NCBI RefSeq assembly: GCF_009914755.1
Contig: NC_060931.1
Length of the DNA stretch: 64,000 bases
Strand: one strand, 5' to 3'
DNA from: the human T2T-CHM13v2.0 reference genome, Homo sapiens
Shown piece by piece: positions 1 to 22,246 of this stretch (positions are counted from its first letter, which is position 1; each line of letters begins with the position of its first letter). A model generated the notes under the pieces. It was not told the origin of the DNA and ran no database searches. It saw only the letters and a program-made list of their open reading frames with translations. Made by a program: the position numbers and the translations under genes.

Positions 1-39
1 AGCTCCATGCCTTCCCTTCTGTCTGGTCCACTACCCCTA

Positions 40-760
40 TAGATTGCACCTCGAAGGGCATTTCCTCAGAGGCCTTCCCTGGCCACGGGCTTTCCCTACA
101 CCTCTCCCATCCCACACTTTCTCTTCCTCAACCTCTTGTTGATTTCCTTTAACACATCTAGCATAATACATGATTATTTTATATATAGCTGTTTACCTCT
201 TTTGTCTGTCTCTCCATCTAAACATGAGCTCCATGAACGTGGGAAATTTATCTGCCGTATTCACCACTGTTAGGCACTGATACAGTTTGGATATATGCCC
301 CGCCCAAATCTCATGTTGAACTGTAATCCCCAATGCTGGAGGCAGGACTTGGAGGGGAGGCGACAGGATCATGGAGGCAGATCCCTCATGGCTCAGTGCT
401 GCCCTTGCAATAGTGAGTGAGGACTCCTGAGATCTGGTCGTTTAAGGGCGTGGCATCTCTTCCCTCTTGCTCCTGCTCTAGCCATGTGATGTGCCTGATC
501 CTGCTTCACCTTCCATTATGAGTAAAAAGCTCCCTGAGGCCTCCCCAGGAGCCGAGCAGATGCTGGCACCATGCCTGTACAGCTACAGCCTGCACAACCA
601 TGAGTCCATGAAACCTCTTTCCTTTATATATAACCCAGGCTCAGGTACTTCTTTATAGCAATGCAAAAACGGCATGACACAGGCACTAATAGCTCTTGTG
701 CCATGCATAGAACCTGGTATTTGGTAGAGACACCATCAACATTTGAGTAAATGACTACAA
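40..760 (+). mobile_element. L2 3' fragment split by the MST LTR
   Basis: L2-like 3' end motifs (tgtctgtctctcc...gagctccatga...ttcaccactgt; ...catttgagtaaatga). Confidence 0.6.
278..681 (+). mobile_element. MST-family (MaLR) solo LTR inserted into an L2 remnant
   Basis: TG...CA termini, typical MST start (tgatacagtttggat...caaatctcatgttgaactgtaatcccc), and 5-bp TSD GGCAC at 273-277 and 682-686. Confidence 0.85.
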
Positions 761-911
761 AAGAATATACTCTAAGCATAATCTAAAAGCATCCACTTTT
801 TAAACTCTCAAAAATACAGTAGTTAACTTACTACAGAATGAAAAATAGGTAACATTTTATAACCTTACATTGCATATCACATTATCTTTTTGTTGCGGTC
901 TTCCCAGAATA

Positions 912-1197
912 TTTTGTTTGTTTGTTTTGAGACCGAGTCTCACTCTGTCGCCAGGCAGTGGCGCTATCTCGGCTCATTGCAACCTCTGCCTCCAGGGTTC
1001 AAGCAATTCTCCTGCCTCAGCCTCTCGAGCAGCTGGGACTACAGGTGCGCATCACTATGCCCGGCTAATTTTTGTATTTTTAGTAGAGACGGGGTTTCAC
1101 CACATTGGCCAGACTGGTCTCGAACTCCTGACCTCATGATCTACCCGCCTTGGCCTCCCAAAGTGCTGGGATTACAGGCGTGAGCCATTGCGCCCAG
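912..1197 (-). mobile_element. Alu (AluS-like)
   Basis: Full-length antisense Alu with a T-rich tail. Confidence 0.9.
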
Positions 1198-1549
1198 CTG
1201 TATTTTTTAATCTATAAAAATTCCCTCAAAAAAGGTGTAAAATGGGTATTTTCTTACCATCATACTATTTTTCTATGAAACTGCCTTCCAATTTTAGAAA
1301 AAGTGAAGACAGATTATTCAAACTTTTTTGAATTTCAAAAAAATAAAAAGGCACATAGTGAAAAGTTTCCTTCCCACCTATATTCCCCATCCACTCAGTT
1401 CCCATCATCTTCCCCAATCAGGTAACCATTGTTATTGGTTCCTCCTTTCACCTTCCAGGGAATCTGCATGCATCAGCCATTACCTCCTCTTTCAAAACAC
1501 AAGAATGGGAGCACGCAATGCACACTTTCCTACACTTTGCTCTTGTAAT

Positions 1550-1861
<312 letters not shown>

Positions 1862-2129
1862 TAAGATATTTTGGAGATCTCTCCATGTCAACTAAGAAAA
1901 GAGCTTCCTCGTTCCTTTCTACAACTTTACAACCTCATTAACCATCTGGGCATGGATTTATCTGATAAGTCTCTTGCTTGCTGATGGACACTCAAGGCAA
2001 TAAATAATCTTGTACCTATGTTATCTCACACGTGTACAAATATATCTGCAGGTTAAATTCCTAGAACTGGATTGCTGGGTCAAAGGATTTACACGCCTGT
2101 AATTTTTAAAGCTACTGCCTAAAGCACCT

Positions 2130-2600
2130 GTATCTATCAGGGTCCACCCAGAGAAACAGAGACATCCAGAGAAACCATCCCTTTAAGAATCTGATATAGA
2201 GGGAATTTAATATAAGGAATTAGTGACAGGGGTGATGGAAAAACTGAAAAGCCAAACAGGAAATGATAATACAAAGATTATCAAGAGCAAGCTGCTGTTA
2301 CCACTTCTCAAATAGAGGGTAAAAGGGAGGAGGTATTTCCAAGACTCAAAGGCTAGGACCAAGGGGCAGGAGCTGGAGCCAAAAGGAGACAAGGTACCTG
2401 CCAGAGACACTCCCTGAGGCAGGCCTAAGGGAAATAACCTGTTTTTGTCCTTCTTCCTGCCATTCCTCCTGCCAGTGGCTCCCAGTGGCCAATCCCAGCC
2501 GGAAGCCAGCTGACCAAGGGCCTGGGAAATGTTGCCTGCAGGGGTGAGTCCCTGCAGGGAAAGGGCAAGAAACGGATCTGAGCCAACAGGACATGGGCTG
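2130..2600. mobile_element. Old MaLR/MLT1-like LTR
   Basis: The start tgtatctatcagggtcc...cagagaaacaga...gaatttaatataaggaattag is typical of ancient MLT1-class LTRs; subfamily not resolved. Confidence 0.5.
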
Positions 2601-5600
2601 ACCCTGCCTGTGGCTACTTTACACTCTTACCCGTAAATGTTTGAAACGACCTTGCCGTTCAAATATTTCAAACTTGAAACAGACTTTGTATACTTGGGGG
2701 TTATCACCTGTCTGAAGGTGAAAGGTGGGAGCTCAATCTAGTCTTAATTTGCATGTATTTTATTATGAACAAGGCTCAGCATCTCTTCACCTGAAGCACA
2801 GACACCTACATTGATCAGGGAGTGAAGGGGTCAGAGAGAAGAATGCCAATTATAGTTAATTCACCTCATCTGCCAGGGATGGTCCATTCAGGACCATCAA
2901 TCAGACAAATGCCCAAACAGGACAGGAAGACAATCCCAATGAGCCAAACTAGCCAGCTACCCTCCAAGTAGAGACTTAGCTCAAGAACTGTTCTCGAAAA
3001 ACTGAAAGGCAACAAAGTCCCATAGGAATTAAAAACGACTTAACTACACTCTGCACACACTGTAAGGAACAATGTGTTCTTGTAATCTTGTGCCCCCCAC
3101 TCGCTCCTCTTGTAACTGCCTTCCAGCCATTCATGCCACCATCCTCTCTCTCCTTATCTTGCATTGAAAGAACAATACAGTGGACAAAAAGCTAAATTAA
3201 CTTATAAAAATAGCAAGTAGGAATCAATTTTTCAAGTCTTTTAACCTGACCATTAACAAAAAAAAGACCTTTTCAATTATCTTTGGCTTCTACCATAACT
3301 ACTGTTTGAATAGATTATTTACCCTATCTTTTAAACAAGCTTTAACTGACTCCCCCAGATACAGTTCAACATTATGTACTACACTCTAAAAATATACCAA
3401 AAAATGTTATGCTTTATAATCTGCTGGCAGCTGAAACGGTTTTCTTTAAAAGAGCTCAACTTTATTTTTTTAAACATGAATTTTAAAGCATTTAAAAATC
3501 TAAACGGTATTAACTGTAAAGAGGTATGTTAACTTCAAAACTTACAACAGCCAAGAGTTAAATGTAAGCACATAAAGTTTATACAATAATTACAATATCA
3601 CTCATATTTCAAAACTTTGCTTTTCACCTGTTTCAAAAATAAATATCCTAATATTGCCAAAAATATTTTTAAGTGTCTGTCACAAAGCAAGGGAGAAAGC
3701 TAGTCATAAACTAAATCAATAAAGGTTAAAAGTTATTTTCCAGCACCTAACATGCTGGCTAGCATTTTGATGGGCAATCAATAAATAAATCTTCATTGTT
3801 GAATGTTCCAGTGAGATGAATTAAATGATACACTTAAAACATTCACGTCTTTGATGGTTTTTTTCCAATCTGAAATACACACTTATTCCAGAAACCTGGA
3901 AAATATAAAAAGAAAATAAAATAATCCATAATGTCACCAATGTTTATGTTGTTTAAACCATGATGTATAAAACTGCTTATTTTAATGGTTGTAAAATACT
4001 TCAATAAACTTCCCATAATTTACCTCACCATGCCCCTGCTGTTGGCGTTGCTGTTTCCAATTTTTTGCTATTTTAAACAGCATAATACACATCTTTATAC
4101 GTGAGGGGTTTATTTCAAGGTTGCTTCCCTGTGATATATTCCCAGAAGAGATACTAACAACCCAAGGACAATTTTAAGACTTTTGATACTTCATATCATC
4201 CTTTGTTATAGTACTCAAGACCTGCAAATTGCTGGAGCACATTAAAGCCTCCTCTTTTCCTCTTTATTCCTGCTTTAATCTTCAAGTCTACATTTCTTTA
4301 CTCACAGAGCCCAAAGCACCTTACAAACAAAACGGCCAAGCCAGCTAGCTGCCTTGACGCTAATGTCCAACGTCTGCATATTACAGTTGTCTTTCTTTTC
4401 TAACAAGGGAAAACAGCTATGCCCAAATTGTGACAGGCAGGAAACACGACATCCACCGGGAACCCATTCCTTAGGATCTCATGGCTCCAGACAGACAGCC
4501 TGACTGTAGGAGGGTTCGCAACTGGGCGCCTTCGTTCCACAGCGCTCCCATCAACACACCCACTCGGTGCCACAGTGCTACCCCTAGCTTCAACTATAAG
4601 AACTGAACTCGCCAAATGCCATGACGGGTGCCAACTTCCCACCATCCTGGCTGCATCGCGTCTTTCAGCAAAAAAACATCTCCCTCTGAGCAGCACTTGA
4701 ATTCTGGAAGGCACCTTGATGATGAACCACTTCATCCTGAAGCATTTAATACTGCTGATTCTTACAGGCAGCTGCACCGGCAGCCTGTAATTAAGATTTC
4801 TCTAAACTGCTCCCTTATTACATGGGGTTCTGATGATTCTGATGATTTCTCTGTCAGCTCAAAGGAGATCTTCAGGAAAAAAAAAAAAAGTCTAGAGAAC
4901 CTCAACTTCGGCTGTTCCTGTAAAAACACGGGCATTAACCCTTTGCTTTCCAAAGCGAACACCCACTCCATACAGAGGCACGTTCCTCTGTTTTTAAAAT
5001 CTAATTCCCAGCATGACCCAGCAGTCATTTGTATTCCACTAAATAATTTCCAACAAACACGATTCCTCCAGCAAGAGGAAACCGAACGTCAGACACAGAC
5101 CACCTGGGCCACGACGCGCATCGACCCGACCCACTCGGGAGCACACCTGGCTCCGGGCACACCTGGCTCTCCGGTCTTGCCTCTGTGCTGGGTGCAGCTC
5201 GTGTCTCCCACCCTCGGCTCCACGGAGTTTTTTGCTCAATCTGTCGCGTCTGCCGTTTCCTAAAACGTCTACCCTGACCTGAACTCCAGCTGGCCCCCTC
5301 CCCGTTCGAGCAAATCCAGCGACCGTTTCTGACCCAAAGCCAAGCAGACTGTCACGCTTTCCAACCGTTCCCCCTGCCCTCCCGTCCTGTACACTGGAGG
5401 AGCCTCCAGTGCAAAACTTTCCCCTCCCGGTTTCCCACCGGCTCAGCCGCTTCCGCCCACCTGAGCTGAAAGGGGGCGTCCGAAACGCCGGGCTCCGGAG
5501 GGCATGAACGCCCTTGGCGACAAGATGCGGGGAAGGTCGCCCCGCAAGGTCCCCCGCCCCAGAGGAGCGACACCCAAACCCCGGCCCGAGACTCCGGGGC

Positions 5601-5864
5601 GACCCCAGCCCGCGGCAGCCCCGGCCTGGTACCCAGACCCTCGCCAGCGCCGAACGGCGACCCCGGCCCGCCCCCTCCCTCGGCCCCCGGAGACCCAGCC
5701 TCGGCCCTGGCCCGGCGTGCCTCAGGCCTCCAGCGGACGCCGCTGCCGCTGCCCCCGACCCCGTCTCCTCCGGCGAACCCCGGCCCAGCGCCGCGCCCTC
5801 GACCCCCAGCCCCCGGCCCCCGACCCCAGGCCGCCGGCGAGCCCACCACACCTCCGACACTCAC

Positions 5865-5898
5865 CGCCACCACCCTCGCCGCCGCCGTCTTCATCCAT
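5865..5898 (-). CDS. CYTH3: Cytohesin-3 (GRP1/ARNO3, ARF-GEF) coding part of exon 1
   Basis: Minus strand reads ATG GAT GAA GAC GGC GGC GGC GAG GGT GGT GGC G|GTGAGT = MDEDGGGEGGG plus a phase-1 donor (GTGAGT at 5864-5859). This matches the recalled CYTH3 N-terminus MDEDGGGEGGGVPEDL and lies in a CpG island. Confidence 0.95.
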
Positions 5899-6040
5899 CT
5901 TGAGGCCACTCCCGCAGCCGGCGAGCCGGGGGCCGGCAGCAGAGGGGCCGCGGGCTGGGGACGCCGCCGGAGGGAGCGCGCAGGCGACCGGGCGGCTCCT
6001 CAGCGCGCGGCCCGGGTCGCGGCCGGGCCTCCTCCCGCCG
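5899..6040 (-). other. CYTH3: CYTH3 5'UTR (TSS approximate)
   Basis: GC-rich sequence between the ATG and the GC-box cluster; the upstream boundary is inferred. Confidence 0.65.
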
Positions 6041-8464
6041 GGCGGGGCCTCGCTGGTCGGCGTGCCGTCACGTGACCCATGCCCCGCCTCTGCCCGCGGT
6101 GGGCGGGGCGTGAGGCCGCGCAGCCCCGCCCTCGGGAACCGGCCGGGCCGGCGGCGTCTGCGCTGGGGAAGGCTGTAGACCTGGCCCCTGAAGTGCAGGC
6201 CGATCCGGTGTGCGTGGAGCGAAACCTCCTCGCCCTCAGCATTCCAGTAGCCTGCGGACGGGCGTGGGGCCCCGGACACTGGAACGCCACACTCTGCAAA
6301 ACCCAGTGGCCAGGGGTGCAACTTGCACGTGCACTCGGGGTAAAAGATCAAGAAACGAATGCATTCAGAAGTCAGGCCTGGCCAGGCTCGGTGGCTCACA
6401 CCTGTATTCCAATACTTTGAGAGGCTGAGGTGGGAGGATCGCTGGAGAACAAAAGTTGGAGACCAGCCCCGATAACATAGCGACCCAGGCATGGTGGCAT
6501 GTGCCTGTAGTTCCAGCTACTGGGGAGGCTGAGGTGGGAGGTCACGTCACTTGAGCCCAGTAGGTAGAGGCTGCAGTGAGTTATTATTGCACCACTGCAC
6601 TCCAGTCTGGGTGACAGAGTGAGACCCTGTCTCAAAAAAAAAAAAGAACAAGGTCAGGCCTTCTCCTTCCTAAGACATGCATGTCAGAAGAATTCCAGCC
6701 TTTCAGCTGTCTTATATTTAATGGAGCCTCTCCTCCTTCCCTCCTGGTGAGTGCATTTTTAAATTAACAAAATGCAGGGCTTGTAAATGAATGTGGTCAT
6801 GAGGTTGGAACGGAATCCCGATTCAACACACCTGGGGCTCAGCTCTCAAAGGGCATTGTAGGGGTTGGCCAATCTGGCGGCTGATGCCCTTGGAGTTTAG
6901 CGCCAGTCTTCCTTGGAGAGCTGCCAGCTGTCCTGGATTTATGATGCAGGAGGAGCTCTGAATTCAGTTTCCCTTGGGCACAGCCAGGGTCCTCAGCACA
7001 GGCCTCCTGGGCAGAAGGCCTCCCCTGGCCCCTGCTCCACATCGATGGATCTCCTCTCTCACTCCCCATATCTCTCTTCCAGTAACTCCTGAAGCATTGC
7101 TTGTGGCCCCTCCCAAGCCTTTCTGTTGGAACTCAATCGCATTAAAGAAAAGCAAACATTGTAATGGAGGAGATAGCTCATCTCTAATATAATTTTCCAG
7201 CAACTGTTTTATATTTACAAGCTGTCCATTGAACCAAAGGATCCTTCCGTTGTCATCTATCAAAGTGGACAATTTCACCTTTTGGTTCAAGGTTGCGGGA
7301 TGATTTCAAAGTTCAATCTTCTAATAACCTCAAGAATTGAACACCAAGCATTCTCATGCAACCAAACCCACGAGGGACACTTTTTTTTTGAGACAGGGTC
7401 TCGCTCTATTGCCCAGTCTGGAATGCAGTGTCTCGAGTGATCCTCACACTTCAGCCTCCCAAATAGCTGGGACCATAGGTACATGCCACCATGCATCGGT
7501 TAATTTTTGTATTCTTTTTTAGAGACGAGATCTTGCCATGTTTGCCCATGCTTGTCTCAAACTTCTGGACTCAAGCGATCCTCCCACCTTGACCTCCCGA
7601 AGTGCTGGGATTACAGGCATGAGCCACCACACCCAGCCAAGGGACACTGCTGCGTGCAAAGGTGTTTGACGGCTTGAGTGACAAAGAGGCACCAGAAAAG
7701 GGGTCTGGGAGTCAGGAGATGTAGGGTTCAACTCCCAACCCCCAGACTCGGCTTCCTGATCTTGTTCCCGTCAGCTTTGTCATCTTGGAGATAAGAGCAT
7801 CGTTACTGAGAAAAAATGACAGCATTACTTTGAACTTGATAATGAGATATGCAGAGCTTTGAACTCAAAGATACTATCAATTATAAATGCTTTTTCATGT
7901 CAATCTTAATTCTTTAGGTGTCTTAGAATGTGATCCACAGGTGCTTTTCTCAGAGTTTTAATCTGAAAGTGGCTTCTCTGATCTCCATCTAATCTAATTT
8001 TCATCAGACTAAAGCACAGCCCAGTTATATAAGGAGGATATTACATTATCCCCATGGTTTAGCCTGGGCTTGCATTTCAACAAATTCTGCAAAAATGTTG
8101 GGGGGGATAAAGGCTTTGGGTGTCATTTCTGTGCTTTAATGGGGAAATTGGAAGACTTCAAAATCTTCACAACTCGAAGGAATTAATATCTAATGGAAAA
8201 ATTACATATTTTCAAAAAGAAGTGCTTTCCAGCATCTCTCAAATCCCACCAAGATAGCAATGATCTAATCTGCTTACATACGTATTATCTCTACATATAG
8301 GAACTTTAAGTATTTTAGTTACTCACTAAGATAGGCACTCACTTTATGCATAGTTTATGAGTGGTTTGCTCAGATGTTGAAAGTTTTATAAGTGAATTTG
8401 TGAGGAAAATAATTCATGCAGCAGGCATTGCTGCAGAATAACAAGTATTAAACCCAATTATTAA

Positions 8465-8800
<336 letters not shown>

Positions 8801-8958
8801 TAGCCAGGATGGTCTCGATCTCCTGACCTCGTGATCCACCCATCTCAGCCTCCCAAAGTGCTGGGATTATAGGCGTAAACCACCGCACCCGGCCCAGTCC
8901 CCAGGCTTATGGAACGGATGGCCTAGAAGGAATACAGCCATTAAGCAAATAATTATGT

Positions 8959-9581
<623 letters not shown>

Positions 9582-9792
9582 GGCTGGGCGGTGGCTCATG
9601 CCTGTAATCCCAGCACTTTCAGATGCCAAGGCAGGAGGATCGCTTGCGCCCAGGAGTTCAGGACCAGCCTGGGCAACATAGCGAACCATGTCTGTACAAA
9701 AAAAATAAAATAAAAAATAAATCACACCTGTAATCCCAGCACTTTGGGAGGACAAAACAGGTGGATCCTTTGAGCTCAGGAGTTCAAGATCA

Positions 9793-10107
<315 letters not shown>

Positions 10108-11219
10108 TCAACGTGGGCAACAGAGTGAGACCCTATCTCAAAACAAAACAAAAAACAAAAAACTCCTTCAGGACAGAGACTGTAGTCTGTATTTATTCTG
10201 TCTCTGCTGTCTGCTGCAGGGTGTGGCCATGTCAAAAAAGCGAAAACAACAATATTTGTTACCACTGCTGGATGAACAGGGCCATCAAAAATGGGAAACA
10301 TTTTGAAAACATGTTGAAACCCATTTATCAGCCTTTTGACCACTGCAGAAATAGTTTAAGAAATCAAGAATGTGAACATTCCGGAAAGGTCAGAGGACTT
10401 CTTTGTACATTCATCCATCCTCCAAGTGAAAGTCTGCGAAATCGGACAGAAGTGTCCTCTCCCAGCGCTGAGGGTCACAAGAGCCAAAACCCTGCCAAGG
10501 ACGGTTTCTTGATGCTTGGCCATAAAGAGGCTTCCCGAGCTACCCAGGCTAGAGCTACTCCAGACCCTGCCTGGAGCAGCTCTCATCTCCCCTAATAACA
10601 GTTAAGAAATGCAGGCACAAATGTGACTGTCAGCAGATGGGGACTCAAGTAATCTGTTACATCGGGGATCTGTCACAGTCCGGAGAAGACACGCACTGTG
10701 GCCAGCTCACTGTCAGCTCACAGGTAGGAAAGAAAAGGAATGCTTTCTGCAACCTAATTTCATTAAGGAAAGAAAACATCTCATTGGAATGGAGATGATC
10801 TCGTGCAAATTAACATACTCCGTTCTGCTCAGGCAAATGACAGGGGTCCAAGAGTCAAGTCACATCCTTATTAAATTTTCAAAAGCCCAGACATTCCAGC
10901 CTTCACAATACTCTGTCTCTCGTTCCAGCCGTTCAATGCAGTCCACCTTGGCCTTCTTCTTCTATCCCCAGAATAATCCACACAATTGACATCAGTTCCC
11001 TGGCCTCACATTACCAAGGGCAGCTTAATTCCTTTTAGATTGATTAGTGACTTGCATTTTTGTAAGAACAAAGGTAGTCAGATTTCTCTGTGGTAAACTT
11101 GGAACAAATAATTTGACCACAGTTTGAGCTATTTGTCATTGGCAGAAAAACATTATATCCACTCAAAGCAGCCTCAATACTAAGAGTTATTATATACAAG
11201 GTGTCTTCTATACTACTAA

Positions 11220-11426
<207 letters not shown>

Positions 11427-12279
11427 TAGATTTTCACTGTGTTGCCCAGGTTGGTCCCGAACTCCTGGGCTCAAGCGATCCTCCTACCTCGGCCTCCCAA
11501 AGTGCTGGGATTGCAGGCATGAGCCACTGAGCCTGGCCTGGTTCTTCATTTCTATAGTATGTCCCTGACCTACTAAAAACAACAAAAAAAATTAATTTAA
11601 AAAATTAAGTTGGTCAGAGTCTGCAGCGTGCAGCTTAAAATCATCAAGAGAATCCATCCTGGGGTGCAGAGTGTACTATTGGACAGGCAATTAAAAAGAA
11701 AAAGGGTGAAAATGACAACCAACAAGATGTAGCACATCTGTGTCTGCGATCATGGTCCTTGGAATAGAAAATGTGCTCCTAGGCCGGGCGCAGTGGCTCC
11801 CGCCTGTAATCCCAGCACTTCGGGAGGCCGAGGCGGGCAGATCACGAGATCAGGAGTTCAGATGAGCTTGACCCAACATAGTGAAACCCCACCTCTACTA
11901 AAAATACGAAAATTAGCTGGGTGTGGTGATGCGCACCTGTAATCCCAGCTGCTCAGGAGGCTGAGGCAGGAGAATCGCTTGAACCCGAGAGGCGGAGGTT
12001 GCAGTGAGCTGAGATCATGTCACTGCACTCCAGCCTGGGAGACAGAGTGAGACTCCGTCTCAAAAAAGAAAGTGTGCTCCTACCAGCAATCAAGCGTCCC
12101 AACACCAGTCACAGGGCATTGTGATCTGGAGGGCCTAACAGCACCCACACCAATGTGATACTGCAATTTGGCTTGTAGGACAGCAAAAGCCATCCATGAG
12201 TTCTGGTCATTACACCGAGTAATGACCCGTAATTGTCACTGGGTCCCAGCCATGATATATCACAAGGTACTACCTAGGC

Positions 12280-12490
12280 TCTAAAATCAGATGGCCCAGG
12301 CACTTTTGTTTCTTGGCTGTGTGACCTTGGGCAAGTTGCTTCACCTCTCTGTGCCCTAGTTCCTGTGAAATTTCTGTGAAATGGAACCAACAACAACCCC
12401 GGCCCATACACTTACTGTGAGAACCGGATGCTGTCATATACAGTGTGTAGCACACAATAAGCACTCAATAAATACTCGTCATTGTTATCC
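12280..12490 (+). mobile_element. MIR
   Basis: Core gctgtgtgaccttgggcaagttgcttcacctctctgtgcc and 3' aagcactcaataaata. Confidence 0.85.
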
Positions 12491-13750
12491 ACAGAAGTAG
12501 GAATTTTTCCCGCCTTCTGATTCACAAGCCAGAAGGAATCTGTCTGCCAAGCTGGGAGGCAAAGCTGAGTTTCAGTGAGGGCTCCCTCCTTCCACCGCCA
12601 CCTTCTCGTTGCTGTCTCTCCCTCCAAGTTTGCCTTCTGGAACTCACCCCTGCCATGGTCCGTGGTCCCTGCTCAGGTGTCTCCACTGCATACCTCATCA
12701 GTCTGCCAAATAACTGGGTTCTTAGGGCTACAGACACGTGTGTGCATTTTCATAAGGGAATCTGGGGACTCCAAGCCTCATTTTTTGATGTTAGTTTCTT
12801 CATTCAGCAACCTGCTTCTGGACAGGCATGGTGGTGCATGTCTGTAATCCCAGCACTTTGAGAGGTTGAGGATTGCTCGAGGCTAGGAGGTCAAGGTCAG
12901 GCTGGGTAACAGAGTGAGACCTTGTTGCTACAAACAAAACAAAACCTGTTTCTTAGCCTCTCCACCACATAGGCCCTGGGGATTCAACAGAAGACAGCAG
13001 TCAATGACTTTTTAATTTGTATTTATTTATTTATTTTTGAAACAGGGTGTCAGGCCCAAGCTGGAGGGCAATAGTGTAATCATGGCTCACTGCAGCCTCA
13101 GCCTCCTCGGCTCAAGCAATCCTCCCACCTCAGCCTCCTGAGGAGCTGAGAGGCACACACCACCACGCCTGGCTAATTTTCAAAAATTGTTTGTAGACAC
13201 AAGGTCTCAGTATGTTGCCCAGAGTGAGCTCAAACTTCTGAGCTGAGGCGATCCTCCCATACCAGCTTCCTGAAGTTCTAGGATGACAGGCATGAGCCAC
13301 CGTGCCCAGGCAGTCAATGACCTTCAGTGAAGGACATGTCAGAACTCAGCACCTGGAATCACTATGAGGGCCCCGGAGACATTTACGACACCCTTATAGG
13401 GGCCAACTCTCCTTTACTTAGAAAAATTTAAAAAGAGACCAGCCTGGGCAACATAGTGAGACCCTGTCTCTACAAAAGACTTAAAAATTAGCTAGGTGTG
13501 GTGTCATGCACTTCCAGTCCCGGCTACTTGGGAGACTGGGGTGGGAGGATTGGTTGAGTCCAGGAGTTTGAGCCTGCAGTGAGCTGTGATCACGCCACTA
13601 CTGCACTCCAGCCTGGGCAACAGAGTGAGACCCCGCCTAAAAAAAAAAAATAGGTCTATATAGAAAAAATGTCTACATAGAAAATTCCAGCTGGGTGTGG
13701 TGCCTCATGCTGTAATCCCAGCACACTGGGGGGCCGAGGCGGGAGGTTCA

Positions 13751-13963
<213 letters not shown>

Positions 13964-13989
13964 TCAAAAAAAAAAAAAAAGAAAAGAAA

Positions 13990-18470
<4,481 letters not shown>

Positions 18471-18728
18471 CCAGCGGGGAAACTGGGTGGACAGCAGGGG
18501 ACAAGGGCATCCTGGGGCTCCTCCCCTGGCAGCTTCTACTCTGGGCCCCCATGGAGCTGGCGAGACGCTGAGAGCTGCACTACAGCAGAGGCCCTTCCTT
18601 CCTGTCTTTTCCTGACGTCCCATCTGTACTAGAAGTTTCCCCTGTTGTGCAGCTCCCTCACCACGCAGCCCTGAATGAGCTCCCCCACTTCTAACTGCCT
18701 CCTAGAAGCCCCAACTTCACAGGGGCTA

Positions 18729-19821
<1,093 letters not shown>

Positions 19822-19873
19822 TTGTTTGATTCTGTCTCTTTGGTGGTCTCTGGTAAGTGGAGTCTTTTGCTAA

Positions 19874-21596
<1,723 letters not shown>

Positions 21597-21643
21597 TGAT
21601 CCGCCCACCTCAGTCTCCCAAAGTGCTGGGATGACAGGCATGA

Positions 21644-22246
<603 letters not shown>

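Larger units (their letters stand above)
5050..6330. promoter_or_regulatory. CpG island / TATA-less CYTH3 promoter with Sp/KLF GC boxes and a palindromic E-box
   Basis: Very high GC and CpG density; GC boxes at ~6040-6048, ~6081-6090, ~6101-6110 and ~6124-6131; GTCACGTGAC at 6067-6076. Confidence 0.9.

Noticed and set aside
4628-6492. Long overlapping ORFs (129-273 aa) across the CpG island
   Set aside because: Stop-poor GC-rich sequence; only the 34-nt CYTH3 exon-1 CDS has a recognisable product and splice donor.
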